Shown: positions 59,931-64,000 of the stretch, one piece after another
How the letters are laid out: each line of letters begins with the position of its first letter
Position numbering within the stretch: position 1 is the first letter of the stretch
From: Blastocatellia bacterium
Lineage (GTDB): Bacteria; Acidobacteriota; Blastocatellia; UBA7656; JADIYM01
Length of the DNA stretch: 64,000 nt
NCBI GenBank assembly: GCA_016705245.1
Contig: JADIYM010000005.1
Span: forward strand, 139,069 to 203,068
Direction: 5' to 3'
The notes under the pieces: model-generated
Databases searched by the model: none
What the model was told of the DNA's origin: nothing
Seen by the model: only the letters and a program-made list of their open reading frames with translations
Program-made: the position numbers and the translations under genes

Positions 59931-61180
59931 CCCACTTTCCACCCGACGCGAAACTGCCGATCGGGCGCAATGTCGTCGACGAGGAGGACGTCGACCCGGT
60001 ACCAGGCGCTGCGGGGCGCGACGTACGAAGCCGTAGAGTTCGGGTAGAGGTACACGTCCTCGCCTTCCTGCTGCCACGAGCCGCCGAAGACCGCGCTCGC
60101 CTGCGTCCGGAACGTGAAGCCGAGCGCGCGTGCGCCGTCAGGAAAGTCGCCCGAGTCGAACGTCACTCTCTCGCCGGCTTTCAACGCCACGAGATAGCTG
60201 CGCATGAAATACACGGTGCCTTTCGCCGTCGTCTTGCGCTCGGCCTTGTCGAACGCAAAGAACCCGAGCCCGAGGTCCGCCGGCCAGTCCGGCGCGAAGT
60301 ATGTGTCCCACTTCGCCGTGTCTTTCCGGATGGCAGGAATCATGAGCCGTTCACTGGCGACGGCCTTGCTCCATTGCGGCGGGAAGGTCGACGTATCGCG
60401 ATCGAGCACGAATCCGAAGCCCGCGAGCACCGGTATGAAGATCGCGAGCCACCCGAGCTGCCACGCCAGACTGCGCCGCTCCTTCGCGCGCATCTCGCGG
60501 TCTTTCTTCGCAACGTCTTCGATCGTCGACACGAGTTTCGAAGCTGATGACCGCAGCTTCGAGACCCACGCCTCGGGCATGCGGAGCAGGTTGTCCGCAC
60601 CGCAGTAGAGACACGCGAGCCCGGTCGCGCCGTCCGGGACGTCGAGGGGCGCGGCGCACGACCGGCAGCGCGCTGGTCCTCCCTCCCGGTCGGGCGGCAA
60701 TGCGGCGAGCGCGGCCTGCAGGTGCTGCTTCCCCTTCGTTCGGCGGCGGCCGTAAATTCCGAGAACGGTCGGGACGCCGAGCGTGACGTACATCGCGACG
60801 CCAACGCCCGTGTAGATCTGGGTGTTCGACCAGATGTCGAAAAGCGTCGCGCCGATGTTGCGGCTGACGATCTCGAGGCCCTTCGCGATCAGCAGCGCGT
60901 CGACAACGAACGCGAACGGCCACAGAACGAGCCATATGCACCCAGACGAAACGGAGCCCCACGCTTGCGCGAGAAATCCCGGAGGATCGCCGAGCGACTC
61001 AAAGAGCTCGTGGGCCTCGACGCGGCCGACGTCGCGCTGGACCTCGGCCTGCCGCATTTGTGCGTAGGCCTCGGGGACGGGAAACTCGACACCGCAGTAC
61101 GGGCAGTGGACGTCCTTTCCCGTACCGAGCGGCACCGGCGCGCCGCAGCCCTCGCAACGGAGTATCTCGGGCTTCTCCAT
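59924..61180 (-). CDS. Hypothetical membrane protein with two zinc-ribbon (CxxC...CxxC) modules
   Basis: 418 aa; CEGCGAPV...CPYCG and CRSCAAPL...CLYCG separated by TM helices; a C-terminal soluble domain. Confidence 0.55.
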   Translation of the reverse strand: MEKPEILRCEGCGAPVPLGTGKDVHCPYCGVEFPVPEAYAQMRQAEVQRDVGRVEAHELFESLGDPPGFLAQAWGSVSSGCIWLVLWPFAFVVDALLIAKGLEIVSRNIGATLFDIWSNTQIYTGVGVAMYVTLGVPTVLGIYGRRRTKGKQHLQAALAALPPDREGGPARCRSCAAPLDVPDGATGLACLYCGADNLLRMPEAWVSKLRSSASKLVSTIEDVAKKDREMRAKERRSLAWQLGWLAIFIPVLAGFGFVLDRDTSTFPPQWSKAVASERLMIPAIRKDTAKWDTYFAPDWPADLGLGFFAFDKAERKTTAKGTVYFMRSYLVALKAGERVTFDSGDFPDGARALGFTFRTQASAVFGGSWQQEGEDVYLYPNSTASYVAPRSAWYRVDVLLVDDIAPDRQFRVGWKVGE

Positions 61181-61199
61181 CCGCGCGAGGATACGAGGA

Positions 61200-61273
61200 G
61201 AGTGGACAGGATTACAGGATTCACAGGATATTTTTCGTGGAATCCTGAGAATCCTGTAATCCTGTCCACTCTC
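61200..61273. repeat. Palindromic heptamer-array repeat, family D
   Basis: gtggacaggattacaggattcacaggata...gaatcctgagaatcctgtaatcctgtccactctc. Confidence 0.85.
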
Positions 61274-62408
61274 ATGTTTTTCGCGATCCTCATGCTCGTC
61301 CTCGCTGCACCGCCGCCGGCGGAGTACTTCCTCGCGGACATCGACAATCGCCCGGTGTTGATCGATCTGGAGGGCCGCGTCGTTCTCGAGCCCGAAGGCC
61401 GCGTGGGCGTGGGGTTACTCCGAAGGCATGTTCTGCTTCTCGGACGGCCAGCGAGTCGGCTTCATGGACTGGACGGGACGAGTCGTGGTGCCGCCGACGT
61501 ACGCCTATGCCGAAGGCTTCCGCGAGGGGTACGCGCGTGTGCAGCTACCCGAAAAGGGTGACACGGACCGCGAGCGCTGGGGATTCATCGACCGGACGGG
61601 ACGGATGGTGATCCCGGCTCGCTATTGGGCGACGTTCGACTTCCACGAGGGCGCGGCATTCGTTCTGAGCAACAAGGCCTCGACGTTCGTCGATACACAA
61701 GGCCGCACGATTCCAGCGGCGCCGTTCGGCTGGGCGGAGCACTTCAGCGAGGGTCTCGCGCCGGTCGAAAAGGACTATCGCTGGGGCTTCATCGACAAAC
61801 GCGGGAGGATGGCGATTCCGCAGGTCTTCGCACGGGCTAATGTATTTTCGGAGGGACTCGCGGCCGTGTCGATCTGGAACGACACCCTGGAAGCCCTCAA
61901 CGTGCCGATCGTCGGGTCGGGCTACATCGACGCGACGGGGAAGATGGTGATCCTGCCGAAGTTCTCGTCGACGGAGCCGTTTTCGTGCGGTCTCGGACTC
62001 GTTGCAGAAGGCTCGATGTACGTGCCGTCGAGGAACCGGTCTGGTCGCGAGCCGAGACTCGGAAAGGTGAGCTTCATCGATCGGACGGGGAAGACGGTTT
62101 TCGAGGTGACGGGGTCCGAGGGCGGGACGCCCGGAGGGTCACGCGCCACTGTGGTCCGCGTCGAGTCGTTCCGGGAGGATCTGGCGTACGTGGAATACGC
62201 GGACGGCCGGAAGGGCTTCCTGGACAAGACCGGCAAGCTGGCGATCGCGCTAGGTCCCGAATTCGAAGTGGCCCAGAGCTTCGATCGTGGCCTCGCGCGG
62301 GTGTCGCTCGCGCCGGCCGCCCCCGGCGGGCCCAGGTCCACCGGCTACATCAACAAGTCCGGCAAGCTCGTCTGGCCGAGGCCGAAGCCCGCGGTCACTC
62401 AACCCTGA
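61274..62408 (+). CDS. Secreted WG-repeat (KWG-like) protein; apparent frameshift near 61415
   Basis: Signal peptide MFFAILMLVLAAPPPA, then repeated ...GFIDRTGRMVIP...WGFIDKRGRMAIP...SFIDRTGKTVF... motifs. The N-terminal ~50 codons are in a different frame from the track ORF 61428..62408. Confidence 0.6.
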
Positions 62409-62411
62409 TCT

Positions 62412-62525
62412 TCTTCCGTTGCGCCTTCGCGTCTGCCCTTGGCGTCTTTGCGAGAAACTCTTCGAACGTGAGAAGAGTTTCCCGCAAAGACGCCAAGGGC
62501 AGACGCAAAGGCGCAAAGAAGAAGA
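62412..62525. repeat. Palindromic heptamer-array repeat, family B
   Basis: gcgccttcgcgtctgcccttggcgtctttgcgagaaactcttcgaacgtgagaagagtttcccgcaaagacgccaagggcagacgcaaaggcgcaaag. Confidence 0.9.
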
Positions 62526-62526
62526 C

Positions 62527-62872
62527 TCAAGGCTGATCTGACTTCACCCGGTAGGTTTTGAGTCTTCGATTCACATCGTCAATGTCGAACGCCGTCGGAT
62601 CGAACGCTTCGCCGAGCCAGTCCTCGAAGTAGCCGTGGTCCGCGTTATCCGGATCACGAAGAGCCCGGATGAGGAAGTTGAATCGCCGGATGCCGCCGGT
62701 GTCCTCCGGCGGAAAGGCACGCGACCCGCCAAGGCACACCGGATACGCGACAGAATCGTCCGGCTCGAGCAATCTCTCGACGACGAGCTCGTGGATCCAT
62801 GTGTCGCCGAAATCGTAGACGTACCGGCCCGTCAGGCGCTCGAGCCGGTTGGCGGGACGTGTGGTCTTCGCG
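62527..62872 (-). pseudogene. Fragment (C-terminal two thirds) of a pRiA4b ORF-3 / IS1096 TnpR-like family protein
   Basis: ...RYVYDFGDTWIHELVVERLLEPDDSVAYPVCLGGSRAFPPEDTGGIRRFNFLIRALRDP... matches the PRiA4_ORF3 domain (YxYDFGDxWxHxI...CxxGxRACPPEDCGG). The frame opens right after a stop, with no N-terminal part. Confidence 0.65.
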
Positions 62873-62875
62873 CTA

Positions 62876-62960
62876 TGGCAGCCTATCGTATGGAAAGAAT
62901 TTGAAAGTGTGCGATAGGCAGGCTATAACAAGAGGTAAATTCAAACGCATTTGAAAGCGC
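62876..62960. other. AT-rich junction (about 45% GC in a 67% GC context) with short direct and inverted repeats, between the two gene fragments
   Basis: gcagcctatcgtatgg / gcgataggcaggctataac inverted; atttgaaagtgtgcgatagg / atttgaaagcgcgcctataa direct. Confidence 0.6.
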
Positions 62961-62961
62961 G

Positions 62962-63492
62962 CCTATAACATCTCTCGATGGTAACGGACGCGTCGGCCGC
63001 CTCCTCATCACGTTCCTGCTGACCGAGCGAGGACTGCTGCAGAAACCAGTCTTGTACCTGTCTCACTACTTCAAGGGTCACCGGCAGGCATACTACGACC
63101 GGCTGCAGGCGGTCCGGGAACAGGGCGACTGGGAAGTCTGGCTCGAGTTCTTTCTTCGAGGGGTGATCGAGGTCAGCGTCGAAGCCGCCGAAACCGCGAG
63201 GTGCATTCTCCACCTGCGAGAGCGACATCGAGCCGCCATCACGGAACAATTGGCCAGAGCCGCTGGTAATGGCCATAAGGTTCTGGAGTCGCTGCTTGAC
63301 CGACCGATCGTGTCCGTAGCCGACGTCGAGCGCACGACCGGAACAACCTATGCGGCGGCGAACACTCTCGTGTCAAAGCTCGTGGAGCTCGGAATCCTCG
63401 TCGAAGTCACCGGCTACGCTCGCAATCGCCGGTTCCGTTACGAACCGTACGTGAAGCTGTTCACCGACGGCACGACCGACGACACAACGTAA
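62962..63492 (+). pseudogene. Fic/DOC family protein, N-terminally truncated (begins inside the Fic motif)
   Basis: In-frame translation ...PITSLDGNGRVGRLLITFLLTERGLLQKPVLYLSHYF... shows a degenerate HPFxDGNGRxxR core at the very 5' end, then the C-terminal wHTH part (…ESLLDRPIVSVADVERTTGTTYAAANTLVSKLVELGIL…). Confidence 0.65.
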
Positions 63493-63675
63493 TCGAGGAC
63501 GGACGAATTCTCAGACGCACGACCGATTTCGAACGTGGAACGTACGATTTCGGGTTCCACAGGCAACCCAGGTTCATCCTTCCTTATATGGAGGTATTCC
63601 ACAGGTGCGGAGAGCCCCCGGGCTGGCAATGAGGAGATTGTGGCCGGGTGGAGAGGCCCCTGGCTGAACCGTTGT

Positions 63676-63790
63676 GGCTCTGCGCCTTTGCGTCTGCCCT
63701 CTGCGTCTCTGCGAGAAACTGTTCTTCCGGAAGAACAGTTTCTCGCAGAGACGCAGAGGGCAGACGCAAAGGCGCAGAGCAGGACAAACC
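63676..63790. repeat. Palindromic heptamer-array repeat, family B
   Basis: ctctgcgcctttgcgtctgccctctgcgtctctgcgagaaactgttcttccggaagaacagtttctcgcagagacgcagagggcagacgcaaaggcgcagag. Confidence 0.9.
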
Positions 63791-63804
63791 GGACAGATTC
63801 CACC

Positions 63805-63840
63805 AATCCTCCCCGAATCCCTGTAATCCTGTCCACTCTC
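63805..63840. repeat. Family D half-element (AATCCTG array)
   Basis: aatcctccccgaatccctgtaatcctgtccactctc; the 3' 21-mer is identical to 61250-61270. Confidence 0.75.
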
Positions 63841-63870
63841 TCGTACTCTCCGCTATGATTCCGGCTTCAC

Positions 63871-64000
63871 CCGATCATGGCCACGCACACCGTCAGAGCC
63901 GCCTGCCCGCACGACTGTCCGGACACCTGCGCCATGCTCGTTACCGTCACCGACGGGCGAGCCACGGCGGTCAAGGGCGATCCCGGACACCCCTTCACCC
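63871..64000 (+). CDS. Molybdopterin-dependent oxidoreductase (formate dehydrogenase / nitrate reductase family). Only the N-terminus is in the window; the gene continues past position 64000.
   Basis: MATHTVRAACPHDCPDTCAMLVTVTDGRATAVKGDPGHPFT has the N-terminal [4Fe-4S] CxxCxxxC motif of MopB enzymes. It is absent from the ORF track because it is incomplete. Confidence 0.7.

Noticed and set aside
3633-63790. CRISPR array, given the many short direct repeats
   Set aside because: The repeats are 7-bp units inside palindromic elements scattered through different spacers. They are not a regularly spaced repeat-spacer array of 28-37 bp, and no cas genes are present.

Overview
This is a high-GC (about 66-68%) bacterial chromosomal segment. 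Codon usage and content point to Acidobacteria-like: it carries a ~1200-aa TonB-dependent receptor with a CarboxypepD_reg-like domain, and many secreted TPR, PPC and WG-repeat proteins. Most of the window is core housekeeping. On the minus strand lie DinB, purM, purF, pyk and a beta-propeller sensor kinase with a NarL-type response regulator. On the plus strand lie glyQS, cytochrome c, rplU, rpmA, obg, nadD, rsfS, a receiver-less sigma54 activator, rlmH, dksA, comF and a Ca2+/H+ antiporter. Further genes include ispH, lexA, a Lol-like ABC/LolA cluster, ftsY, lpxD, perR, ahpC and a redoxin, rlmI, folK, an AlkD-like protein, a secreted GH44-like hydrolase and a small oxidoreductase/hydrolase cluster. 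I found no rRNA, tRNA or CRISPR.

The most striking sequence-level signal is in the intergenic spacers. Nearly every spacer of 100 bp or more carries a 70-120 bp palindromic element built from inverted arrays of 7-bp direct repeats. At least three sequence families share this architecture, with further hairpin families (C, E, F) alongside them. One short family sits in frame inside the N-terminal low-complexity regions of FtsY and the sensor kinase.

Other notable points are tandem GGAC-N4-GTCC palindromes between lexA and a divergent 63-aa coiled-coil ORF, and a 1.5-kb gene-free region beside lexA. There is also a ~170-bp poly-G/poly-C tract beside a truncated hydrolase, which is probably a sequencing or assembly artefact. 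The right end holds a decayed mobile-element scar made of a PRiA4_ORF3 fragment and a Fic fragment around an AT-rich junction.

Many genes show apparent frameshifts, including a compensating pair inside glyQS. The sequence therefore seems to carry indel errors, and several gene disruptions may be artefactual.
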